Assembly: GCA_001724265.1 (NCBI GenBank)
Contig: MEDY01000210.1
Coordinates: forward strand, 1 to 51,067
Source: Rhizaria sp. SCN 62-66
Taxonomy: Eukaryota
Reading direction: 5' to 3'
DNA: 51,067 bases
Positions 1 to 8,814 of the stretch are shown piece by piece (positions within the stretch are counted from its first letter, which is position 1; every line of letters starts with the position of its first letter). The notes below the pieces were generated by a model. The model saw nothing but the letters and a program-made list of their open reading frames with translations. It made no database searches and had not been told where the DNA came from. A program made the translations under genes and the position numbers.

Positions 1-318
1 GACTATTTCGCTCGTAGTGAAATAGAAAAGTGCGCACCAAGGCGCGAAAATCGCGGAAAACACGTTTTTTCATAAACCTCTACATCGGGGGTACATGTAT
101 TTTATAACAACAGGAAAAGCAACAGTCAAACTCAAAATTGTTTATTCTACAGCTAATGTCTCAAGGGTTAACATCAAACCTTGGACAATCACACAAGCAC
201 GCAGGTAAATGAACTATCTGAATAATCTAAGTACCGATATTTACTCTGCAAATACATAAGTACGTACTGTACGTACACATCCAACGATACAATTCCAAGT
301 GGCTTCTTCACCGTCTAC

Positions 319-1341
319 TTACACCTTGCACTTGACCATGCGGACCCAGCTCGGCAGCGTCACCGCCCCGCTCGCAGCATCCGCACTGGCGCCACTCCCG
401 CTGCTGATGCTGCTGGCGCGCACGCTCTCGGCCAGAGCCACCGCGGCCGTCGCGCCCTTCTTGGTGTTGGCGGCCGCGGCAGTAAGGGCAGGCGCTGCGG
501 CCGAGTTGGCGCTGTCGCCAGAGAGGGAAGCCAGGGCGCAGAGCTGGCTCCATTGCAAGGCCACGGCGGCCGAGGCGGTGGAACGTAGAGTGGCGACGTA
601 GCCCGAGAGCTTGACGCCGATGGCGAAGCGCTGAGGGGGCGCGACGCCCGCTGCGGCGGTGGCGCCGACGCTGTTTGTGTTTGAGAAGCCCGGGGAGCCC
701 GGGCCGGGTGGCGACGAGGGGGAGGGCGCGGTCGGCGACAGCAGGCCGGAGCTCGCACCCGCGCTGGCGTTGCTGCTGGTGTTGGTGGGAATGGTGGTGT
801 CCTTGATGGTCTTGAGCAAGGAAGAGAAGAAACCTCCGCCGGTAGAGCTGGTGCCAGAGCTTGAGTTTGAGCTAGCAGCAGTGGGACTCGCAGCAGCAGC
901 TGCGGAGGCAGCAGCAGCAAGAGGAACAGGGGCAATGGCAGCGACCTCGGTCGCGGTCATAGTCTCGGTGTCAGGAGCAGCCGCGGGGGCGACATTAGTG
1001 TCGTCGTTGTCGTCATCAACGTTTTTGGTGGCCTTGGGTGTGTTGTTGTCATCATCATCGTCGTCTTCAGCGTCTTCGCCGGCGACCATGCCCATCATAC
1101 TCGCAGCAAGCTTGTTCGCGTTGCCAGCATCGTTGTCGTCCTCGTCATCATCGTCGTCATTGCCAGCGTTGTTGTTGTTTGCCTCGTTGTCGGATCCTGA
1201 CTCAGCCTCCTCGCCAGTCACAGCTCCACCAGCGACGCCAGACGTAGGGAAGGCGTAGAACGACTGCGCGTTGTAGCCATCGTAACCATCGGCATCGTCC
1301 TCAGGTTCCTCGCCGTGATACGCGGATGCGTTGTAGGACAT
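319..1341 (-). CDS. Hypothetical protein, 340 aa, with acidic Asp/Asn-rich N-terminus and Ala/Ser-rich remainder
   Basis: ATG-to-TAA ORF filling a GC-rich block with AT-rich flanks and coding-like codon bias; no domain recognised. Confidence 0.75.
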   Translation of the reverse strand: MSYNASAYHGEEPEDDADGYDGYNAQSFYAFPTSGVAGGAVTGEEAESGSDNEANNNNAGNDDDDDEDDNDAGNANKLAASMMGMVAGEDAEDDDDDDNNTPKATKNVDDDNDDTNVAPAAAPDTETMTATEVAAIAPVPLAAAASAAAAASPTAASSNSSSGTSSTGGGFFSSLLKTIKDTTIPTNTSSNASAGASSGLLSPTAPSPSSPPGPGSPGFSNTNSVGATAAAGVAPPQRFAIGVKLSGYVATLRSTASAAVALQWSQLCALASLSGDSANSAAAPALTAAAANTKKGATAAVALAESVRASSISSGSGASADAASGAVTLPSWVRMVKCKV

Positions 1342-1815
1342 GCAAGAGTAAGTAAGACCAGCACGATTTGAAGGCGAGACTCGTGGTCTGGGTAGGAAGG
1401 AACGGGGGGGCTACAGATGAAACACCGAGAGAAGTTAGAAATGTTTAAATAAGAGGTAACAGTCGTAACGGCATGTGAGTGTACATATTACAATGACAGT
1501 GCTTTTGACGATGAATGGATTGCATGACAGCCTTTGCAAGGTGGCGTGAGGTTGGGAATCGTCGCCACATGACCAATCTGACTGTCCCAAAACATATGAA
1601 AATACTTCAAGTAAGCGGCATTAGAAGCGAAACCAAGTTCTTATAAGTTAAAATGTGCATTTTGATATTATATTATTTCAACACCTTCCAAAAAGTTGTT
1701 TCACATGTGGTATCGCGTTTTTTCCATTGTCTTGCCCCGTAGCCACTGCAACTCGCATCCGTTAACCTTTCCGGCAACTGAGCATTTCGAGTTCGAAAAC
1801 GCACCCAGTCCCAGA

Positions 1816-3420
1816 ATGCGTCACAGTGGCGTTATTCTGCTGCTTGCAGCAGCTTTATGTACTGTGCACAGCGTACTCTCTGAGTCGTTCTCGTTCCCAG
1901 TCGCTCAGCAGATGCGTTTCCCGTGGGACCACTCTCGCCCCATCACCGACAAACATAACTCCTTCGTCGCAACCTATCACCTGCACGGCAACCTCTCCGA
2001 CGTCGATACCGTGTTCCTGCTTATTAATGACGGCGACCACCGCTATGACACTGTCATGGCTTCTCGTGCCAGCATCTTCACTTCCGTGTTCGCGGACCGT
2101 TACAACGCTGCGGTGCTCTACTTCCCGCTGCGCGGCTGGGGATTCGGACCCAACGTCCCCGTCCCGGCCGATAAACGTCGTTTTCTCACTACTGCGGCAT
2201 CTATCGCCGACATCTCGCTCTTTCTTGAGTCAGTCGTGTACATCGACGACGGTGTGAATGTGAAGAAACGTGTCGTCATCTCTGGAGTCGGTCACGGTGG
2301 TGCAATCGCTGCATGGTACCACCAGGCGCACCCCAACGCCGTGCAGTTCGCGCTTCTCGACACACCGTACCTCTCGGCGCCCGTGTCACACCCGGGCTAC
2401 TACAGCCAGTCCGCCGTCACGCAGCAGGCCGCGTCGCCGCGCTGCGCCGGCGCGCTGGCCAACGTCACCGCGCAACTCGCGGCAGTGCTCGAGTCTGGCG
2501 ACCGCAGGCTCCACGACAAGTTCGCCCAGGACGCCAATCTGTGCTCGCCCATTACCCCGTGGACTCTCGGCTTTGCAGAGCAGAATAGGCTGAACAATGG
2601 TGTGAGCCTAGATGTGTACAAGGCCTTCTTTTGGCACTCGCTCTTCTACCCCATGTCGCGCGCGTACAACGCCGTCTTCCCGACCCGCGACCGGTCCTCG
2701 GCCGGCATTTGTCACCCGTGTTTCTACCTCGAGCAGAGTGACCCGTGGTTCTACTTCGGCGGCTCGTTGCGCACTGTGCGCGGACACGAGGGCTGCCTCG
2801 AGACGCGTCTGGACGCCTGGCTAATTACTTCTAGCTCCTTAGACCGCCGCGGTGCGAGCGATCGTGATCATGACATCCATGAAGAGAATATGCTGACGCA
2901 GTCTTGCCTTGAGCGCGCTGCGTTCCCCGTTGCCTCGACCGCGGGCGCGCACTTGACTCCGGTGCCCACGGTCACCAGTGTGCTCACTGAGGCTAACATC
3001 GGCACTGTGTGCGAGACCTGGCTCGGACTGGTGCCGGGTCAGGGTGTTGCAACCGCGAAGGCGGGCGCGGCTGCGCTGGCAGCGGAACACGGCGATGCGC
3101 AGACGTATACTGGTGTGAACGTGTTCGTGATTGCTGCGAAGAGTGATCACGGTATCTCGCTGGCGCCGCGCAACACGAAGAACGTAGTCGGCCGTCAGTA
3201 CGATGTGGCTTCCCGGGAGGCAGAGGTTAGCATGATTGTGTCGATGGGCACGGGCAGTGTGCGGGAGATTGAGGGCAAGAAGGGCAAGGTGTTCCTTCAG
3301 GAAGGCCTCATCGGTGATACTGAAGAGCTTAAGCAGGTGCGCAAGGAGCTCACGAGCTACTTGGACTCTGTTCTTCAGGTCAAAAACAACAACAAAGCTA
3401 TGAAGATGCACTGCATGTGA
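1816..3420 (+). CDS. Secreted peptidase S28 (prolylcarboxypeptidase/DPP7 family)-like alpha/beta-hydrolase, probably inactive; 534 aa, intronless
   Basis: ATG 1816 gives a signal-peptide-like start (MRHSGVILLLAAALCTVHSVLS). S28-like segments: 'QQMRFPWDH', 'VFLLINDG', 'FLTTAASIADISLF', 'VVISGVGHGGAIAAWYHQAHPN' (cf. FGGSYGGMLAAWFRLKYPH), 'ANLCSP', 'QSCLE', 'NVFVI'. Ends TGA. Confidence 0.75.
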   Translation: MRHSGVILLLAAALCTVHSVLSESFSFPVAQQMRFPWDHSRPITDKHNSFVATYHLHGNLSDVDTVFLLINDGDHRYDTVMASRASIFTSVFADRYNAAVLYFPLRGWGFGPNVPVPADKRRFLTTAASIADISLFLESVVYIDDGVNVKKRVVISGVGHGGAIAAWYHQAHPNAVQFALLDTPYLSAPVSHPGYYSQSAVTQQAASPRCAGALANVTAQLAAVLESGDRRLHDKFAQDANLCSPITPWTLGFAEQNRLNNGVSLDVYKAFFWHSLFYPMSRAYNAVFPTRDRSSAGICHPCFYLEQSDPWFYFGGSLRTVRGHEGCLETRLDAWLITSSSLDRRGASDRDHDIHEENMLTQSCLERAAFPVASTAGAHLTPVPTVTSVLTEANIGTVCETWLGLVPGQGVATAKAGAAALAAEHGDAQTYTGVNVFVIAAKSDHGISLAPRNTKNVVGRQYDVASREAEVSMIVSMGTGSVREIEGKKGKVFLQEGLIGDTEELKQVRKELTSYLDSVLQVKNNNKAMKMHCM

Positions 3421-3685
3421 GCATTCGAAACTTAAATCATCCATCTTCACACACACTCCTATTGTGAAGTGGTGCTAAGTCGTTGCAACATGCCAGAAAC
3501 CAAACTCTTATCATTACCTCTACGTACGTACGTACTATTCATCTTGTCCTAGTCAGGACTTCAAAAATTGTATTATTTCAAAAATATTAGTTAATCAAGC
3601 TTCATAAACTAAGAAACACGCGTATATCTAATTTACATTCATTTCTACACTGAATAAAAAATAGCGCATCATTTCTGACACGGAT

Positions 3686-6600
3686 TCACTGGAAGTCCTC
3701 AAGACTACCCGCGCCGCCAGCAGCCCCAAAGGCGTGCCTGGCCGCATTTCCGACCTTAAGCGCCCACTGCCGCGCAGCCTCGCACGCGGCGTCGTCCCGC
3801 CCTTGCGAGCGCAGCCGGCCGAGCTCCTTGGCAACCGCGCTCGGGTGCCGCGGCGTCAGCACCTCGGTCAGCAGCCGCCACGCGCCGGTGCGCAGGGCCG
3901 CCACGGGGGCGCCCAGCTGCGCCGCCAGCGGGGTGGTGATGTACGTCGCATGCACAGCGTCGAAATCCCACGGGCAGCCGAGCCCGGCGCCGAGGCCGCC
4001 CGCAGCAGCGTTGGAAGTCGCGCTAGAGCCAGCGCCGTCAGCAGGCAGAGAGCTTGAGCTCGAGTTGTTGCTCGATGTTTGCAAGTGAGGGTCTGTGGCA
4101 GATGTGACTGGTGCGCAGTAAGCGGCGCTGTAGGCAGACACGTCCTCCCGGTTAGCGATCGCGTACTGTGGCCAGCGGTACACACAGCGGCCCAGGAACA
4201 CTGCGAGCGTGTGCATGTACGTCACCTGTGTGCTGACATCAGCGTCGTCGAGCCGCTTCACAAGCGTCTGGTACGTCTCGTTCACCTCAGCCTCGCTGAC
4301 CGTGGCAGTGGCCGGGTTGAGCCGAGAGAAGACTAGCTGGAGGCACTGGCCCGCGTTGAGGCGCACGGAGGGCGCGTCGTCGTCGGAGCAGCTGAGCAGT
4401 GCAGGCAGCAGGCGGGGCAGGGCCGCGGAAAGCACAGAGGCTGGGAAAGCAAGAGTTGCGCTGGTCCGCACTCCGGCAGAGCCAGCAATATTGGCACTGG
4501 GATCTGCGTCAGCAGACACAGGAACATTGTGCAGAACGAGACCGAGAGGCAAGGGCTTAGCGCTAACACTGTCACTATCGTCATCAATCGACTGAAAATT
4601 GCTCGCACTAGCGCCGGTATAGTTGTAGTCACGGCAGTGCAACACGGCGTTGAGCGCGCTAACAGCCAGCAGGCGAATCGCCTCGTTGCCGAGTCCGGGC
4701 TGCCATACCAGACTGGGAAGCAGGCAGCCGCGCAGCAGGCCCGTCCAGACGCCCTCGGCGACGCTGTGCGTGTAGTCGCTCACGAGCACGCGCTGCTGCA
4801 CCCCGCTGGCGCCAGAGCTTGAGCCGTTGGTGTTGTCGGTAAAAAGACTGACGACAACTAGGAGAGCGCGCGCGCGAAGGGACAACGCGTTTTTCGGTCC
4901 AGCGAGCGCGGACAAAGCATTCACAATGACGACGCTGCTCTCATCTTCCAGGATCTGACTGGCGATGTTTGCATCGTTGTTACCGCTCGTGTTATTTAGA
5001 GTGCCGAGAGTGAGCGGCAGAAGAACGCCCGACGCAGCGGCCAACGCAAGCAGCAGGAACGCCGCATCAGCCGCTGCAGCGGCGAGCGGGGCGGCGTCGA
5101 GCTGCTCGCGCGTCGCCAGCGGCCGCGACTCGCGCAGTAACTGTTGCAGGCGGGCAAGGTGCTCCTCCTCGACCGCGTTGCGCGTCAGGTTCGTCGTGGG
5201 TAAGGGGGTACTGACATTGTCTCCGATAAAACCGTCATCAGCATCGTCAGTGTTCGCGCCAAAGCTGGTGTTGTTGGCAGCAACGCCGATCGTGACTGTG
5301 AGGCGAGACAGCAAGGGGCGAATGTAATGGCAGCACAGGTAGGCCACATCCTCCCTCTGACTGGCACGAGCGTCGCCAGAGCCCTTGTCACCCAAAAGCG
5401 ACTTGAAGTGCGAGATTGTGGCCAAAACAGCGACCATCGACCGGGCATCGGCTTCGGCCTCGGCGTCATCGCCGTTAGCCACCGCGTATACGTCTTTCTG
5501 AGCCTGTGCACCAAGAGCGACTGGCGCCAATACGGTTGTAAGAGCCTTGGAGGGCACCTTCGCGCCGAGCTTTAGAGTAAGGAGCACAAGCTCGCCAACA
5601 AGATCGATCTGTGCAGTCTTAACAAGCCCGCCGCTGACGACGCTCTCTCCGGCAGCCACAAGTCCCCGCGCGGAGTCTGAGGGGGTACCTACACTGCCAT
5701 CGCCAGGCACTGTGCGGAGCCCGAGAGTGAGCAGTAGCCGCACAGTGCGGAGAGTCACGTTGCGCAGTGCACGCGGGGCGGCGGGGCCGGTCACGTCGGG
5801 CCGGTCCAAGGCGCGCAGCAGCGAGACGATTGTGGCTGGAGCAACAACGATGCCTGTCGAGCTGAAATTAGTCTTCGTGTTCGTGTTGCTTTGAGTAAGA
5901 GCGCCGGTGATGAGAGGCACCAAAGCAGTGATGAACGAAAACACTGCGACACTGCTCTGCGACGCGGCGGCAGCACCGGCGCCATCGACGCCGGCCTCAC
6001 CGCCGTTGTCGCAGTTAGCGTCATCATTCGCGGCGAAACGGTTCCGCTGGGCAGCGCTCGTCGCCACAGTGAATGCGAGTGCGCCGGCGGGGCTAGCGGC
6101 CGCGGGCGTGGAAGCGAGCCAGACCGAGGGCGGCAGCGCGGCGCCGATAAGGCAGAGCACACGCCACAGCATTGCGCCCGTCGTCGAAGCCGCAGCAGCC
6201 GCAGGCGTGGCGCCAGCACCCGCACTGGCACCGGCACTGGCGGCGCTGTTTGTGTTAGCCGTGGTACTGTGCGTCGTACTCGTCGTCATCGCTGTCGTCA
6301 AAGTGGCGAGCACGTGCGCCAGCAGCGGCAGCGGCAGCCGCGCGAGAGCGCAGTCGCCGCCGCTCTCACTCTCGGGCTCAGCGTCGCGGTCAGTGCCCTG
6401 CTGTTGCGGCGGCGTGCACGCGAGCGCGAGACAGGCCCACAGCGCCGCCGTGGCCGCGGTGCGGGGCGCCTCGGCCCAGTCAAGCACTGCGCGCAGCAGG
6501 CCGCCCTCCTCCTCGACCGCGGCCGCGACGCCGGTCCCCACGGTCGCGGAAGCAACGCCAATGGGGCCGCCGCCGATGCTCACAGTCACCAGGGCGCCTG

Positions 6601-8383
6601 AGTCGACGCTCGCGGCGCTGCTAGCGGTGGCGGTGCTGCTGGTGGCGAGTTTGGAGTGCGCAGTGGGACCGGTGAGGATCGCGGGCAGTAAAGGACTGAG
6701 ATACTTGGACAAGATGGACGCCGCGGAAACGGGTAAGTAAGCGATCGAAAGAGGCAAGTAGTCGCTCCGGAAAAAGCTGCCCAGAACGGAGTCGGATGAA
6801 GAGTGATCCTTGTTTGACTTGGACGCAGAGTCGCCACACTTCGACTGAGCGTGCTGCTGATAAAAAGCTGTTGCAACCAGCTCATAAATCGCAACCGCGC
6901 CGACGGTCGCAGTGCCACTCACGGTCACGCTAGCGGTCACAGTCTCGACTTCGATAACAGCGCCGCTAGTGCTGCTGCTGCTGGTCGTGATGTTGTTGTT
7001 GTTATCATCCGACGTAGCCAGCGCTAAGAACATGCGCACCAGCGACAGCAGCTGCGCAGGCATCATCACTGCGCGCACCGGCGCGGCCTGACTTTGAGCA
7101 GCCGCAGCGGCCTGACTTAAGTGCTCCCAAAGGCGCAGCTGCGCGCCCGCCGCGGCGGCCGCGGTGGTGCGCACAGTCGCGGCGCGGTCGCTGCGCAGCG
7201 CGGATAGCGCGGCCCACGCGGTGGTGACGCTGTCCGGGGGACGGGAGCAGACAACGCGCAGACACTGCAACGCCGAGGCGCTGCCCTCAGTCTCCGTCTC
7301 TGCGGCCTTGGACTCAGCAGAGTCAGAGGGAATGCTAATACTGGGGGACAGAACCGAGGCGGCAGCAGCAGAGGCGGCAGCAGCAGCAGCGGACACAGAG
7401 GCGAGACACGCAGTTACGGCAGCAACAGCAGGACCCAACGCCAGAGCATTAGCGCTCGCACTCGCATTGCTTGTGTTGTAGTGCACAGTATCAGCCTCCT
7501 CGGCCGCAGTCAACGCAGCGGCGGCGACCGCGGCCGAGGTCGTGACCGACAGCGCCGCGGCTGCCGCGGCGCGGATGCGGGCGTGCGCGTGGCGCAGCGC
7601 AGGGGTCAGAGCCGCGGTCAGCGTGGTGGTGTGGGTCGCTAGCAGCGACGGGCGCACTTGAGGCAGCGGCATCATTGTCACACTACCGCTATTGTTGTTC
7701 ACTGCGGCGGTGCGCGTAAGAGCGACAAATGTGCTGGTGGCCGCCGACGCACGCACGATGGTGTCGGGGGCGTCGGCGAGGGCCTTCGCGAGCGCGGCCG
7801 TGGTCGTCGTCGCAGCAGCAACAGCGGCGGCGGGGGCACGGGCAATGATCACCGAGATGACGTCGACGAAGAGCAAGCGTGCATGATCAGACGGGTCAGC
7901 GGCGCTGTTGAAAACGCCCGCGGATGGGTTTTTGCCCGCGGCAATCGTTGCAGTGTATAGCGGACACGGGGGCAGGCCAATGTTTGCGCCGAGCGCGAGA
8001 GCAGAGGCGTGCAGCAACGCGGTGGCGACATCATGCGAAGGCGTCAAGACCGCGAGAAGAGACAGCAGAAGCGTGAGGGTGCGCTCACGGATAACGTCCG
8101 ATGTGTGGGAAAGGTGCAAAAGCAGCGCGGGGAAAAGGACATTCTCGAACAGAGCAGGCAGGTTGTGCAGCTGTGAGTCCGCTGTCGCAGCGGAGTCGAT
8201 GGTCGCGCTCGAGCTCTTAGCTGTGTGCTTAGAGATCAAATCAGTGATAATATGACTCAAGGATAGCATGCCCGCGTCGCGAACTCGGCGGTCACGCTCG
8301 CAGGTGTTGTCCAGTGCGAGCTGCAGACCGGCGGGAAGCGCCACGGGAACGGCGGCGTCGTGCCCAACAGAGGTTGAAGCCAT
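3686..8383 (-). CDS. DNAAF5: Dynein axonemal assembly factor 5 (HEATR2) homologue; HEAT-repeat protein expanded by low-complexity inserts, about 1565 aa
   Basis: First in-frame ATG at 8383. HEATR2-like segments in the expected order: 'DPSDHARLLFVDVI', 'LRHAHARIRAAA', 'VLDWAEAPR', 'LLPSLVWQPGLGNEAIRLLAVSAL', 'LLSCSDDDAPSVRL', 'YQTLVKRLDD'. Ends TGA. Confidence 0.8.
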   Translation of the reverse strand: MASTSVGHDAAVPVALPAGLQLALDNTCERDRRVRDAGMLSLSHIITDLISKHTAKSSSATIDSAATADSQLHNLPALFENVLFPALLLHLSHTSDVIRERTLTLLLSLLAVLTPSHDVATALLHASALALGANIGLPPCPLYTATIAAGKNPSAGVFNSAADPSDHARLLFVDVISVIIARAPAAAVAAATTTTAALAKALADAPDTIVRASAATSTFVALTRTAAVNNNSGSVTMMPLPQVRPSLLATHTTTLTAALTPALRHAHARIRAAAAAALSVTTSAAVAAAALTAAEEADTVHYNTSNASASANALALGPAVAAVTACLASVSAAAAAASAAAASVLSPSISIPSDSAESKAAETETEGSASALQCLRVVCSRPPDSVTTAWAALSALRSDRAATVRTTAAAAAGAQLRLWEHLSQAAAAAQSQAAPVRAVMMPAQLLSLVRMFLALATSDDNNNNITTSSSSTSGAVIEVETVTASVTVSGTATVGAVAIYELVATAFYQQHAQSKCGDSASKSNKDHSSSDSVLGSFFRSDYLPLSIAYLPVSAASILSKYLSPLLPAILTGPTAHSKLATSSTATASSAASVDSGALVTVSIGGGPIGVASATVGTGVAAAVEEEGGLLRAVLDWAEAPRTAATAALWACLALACTPPQQQGTDRDAEPESESGGDCALARLPLPLLAHVLATLTTAMTTSTTHSTTANTNSAASAGASAGAGATPAAAAASTTGAMLWRVLCLIGAALPPSVWLASTPAAASPAGALAFTVATSAAQRNRFAANDDANCDNGGEAGVDGAGAAAASQSSVAVFSFITALVPLITGALTQSNTNTKTNFSSTGIVVAPATIVSLLRALDRPDVTGPAAPRALRNVTLRTVRLLLTLGLRTVPGDGSVGTPSDSARGLVAAGESVVSGGLVKTAQIDLVGELVLLTLKLGAKVPSKALTTVLAPVALGAQAQKDVYAVANGDDAEAEADARSMVAVLATISHFKSLLGDKGSGDARASQREDVAYLCCHYIRPLLSRLTVTIGVAANNTSFGANTDDADDGFIGDNVSTPLPTTNLTRNAVEEEHLARLQQLLRESRPLATREQLDAAPLAAAAADAAFLLLALAAASGVLLPLTLGTLNNTSGNNDANIASQILEDESSVVIVNALSALAGPKNALSLRARALLVVVSLFTDNTNGSSSGASGVQQRVLVSDYTHSVAEGVWTGLLRGCLLPSLVWQPGLGNEAIRLLAVSALNAVLHCRDYNYTGASASNFQSIDDDSDSVSAKPLPLGLVLHNVPVSADADPSANIAGSAGVRTSATLAFPASVLSAALPRLLPALLSCSDDDAPSVRLNAGQCLQLVFSRLNPATATVSEAEVNETYQTLVKRLDDADVSTQVTYMHTLAVFLGRCVYRWPQYAIANREDVSAYSAAYCAPVTSATDPHLQTSSNNSSSSSLPADGAGSSATSNAAAGGLGAGLGCPWDFDAVHATYITTPLAAQLGAPVAALRTGAWRLLTEVLTPRHPSAVAKELGRLRSQGRDDAACEAARQWALKVGNAARHAFGAAGGAGSLEDFQ

Positions 8384-8814
8384 CTGAAGCGCAAGTTCAA
8401 AGAAATGGTCAAACACACACTACATGAGCTAATTTCAAAACATAATTACGTTAAAGTAGTTTAAACTATAGTTTGCCAAGTAAAGTATCACTTTAATTGC
8501 TATTGTCGATTATCATATTGCGATAATCATCCTCAAACTGAAACCACTTTGAACACCCAACCCGAAAACGGCTGGCAGTCAAATTCGTCACATGTGGTTA
8601 GAGCGTAATTATCAACATATTACATGTGAAATAAAGCGCAGCCAAAGCCTCGTTCAACCATATGATAGTGAAAATAAAGATGTAACTATTTATTGAACTC
8701 AATACTCTTCATACAAATATCCTCAGCCACCGAACCTACTATAACAAAAGGGCCTCGGACATGCTGCGTATCTTAGACGACTTTAGTCAAGTCGCTCACA
8801 TGTACTGATAGCAA

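Noticed and set aside
41-60. E2F-like sites (GGCGCGAAAA, CGCGGAAAA)
   Set aside because: Short motifs, and any target gene lies outside the window, so they cannot be supported.
241-321. Reading through the TAA of gene 319-1341 gives 'VDGEEATWNCIVGC', reminiscent of dynein light chain 'TWHCIVG'
   Set aside because: Short match; the rest of LC8 is missing; no downstream exon is visible; the sequence turns AT-rich. TAA appears to be a true stop in TDH and other genes, so this is probably chance.
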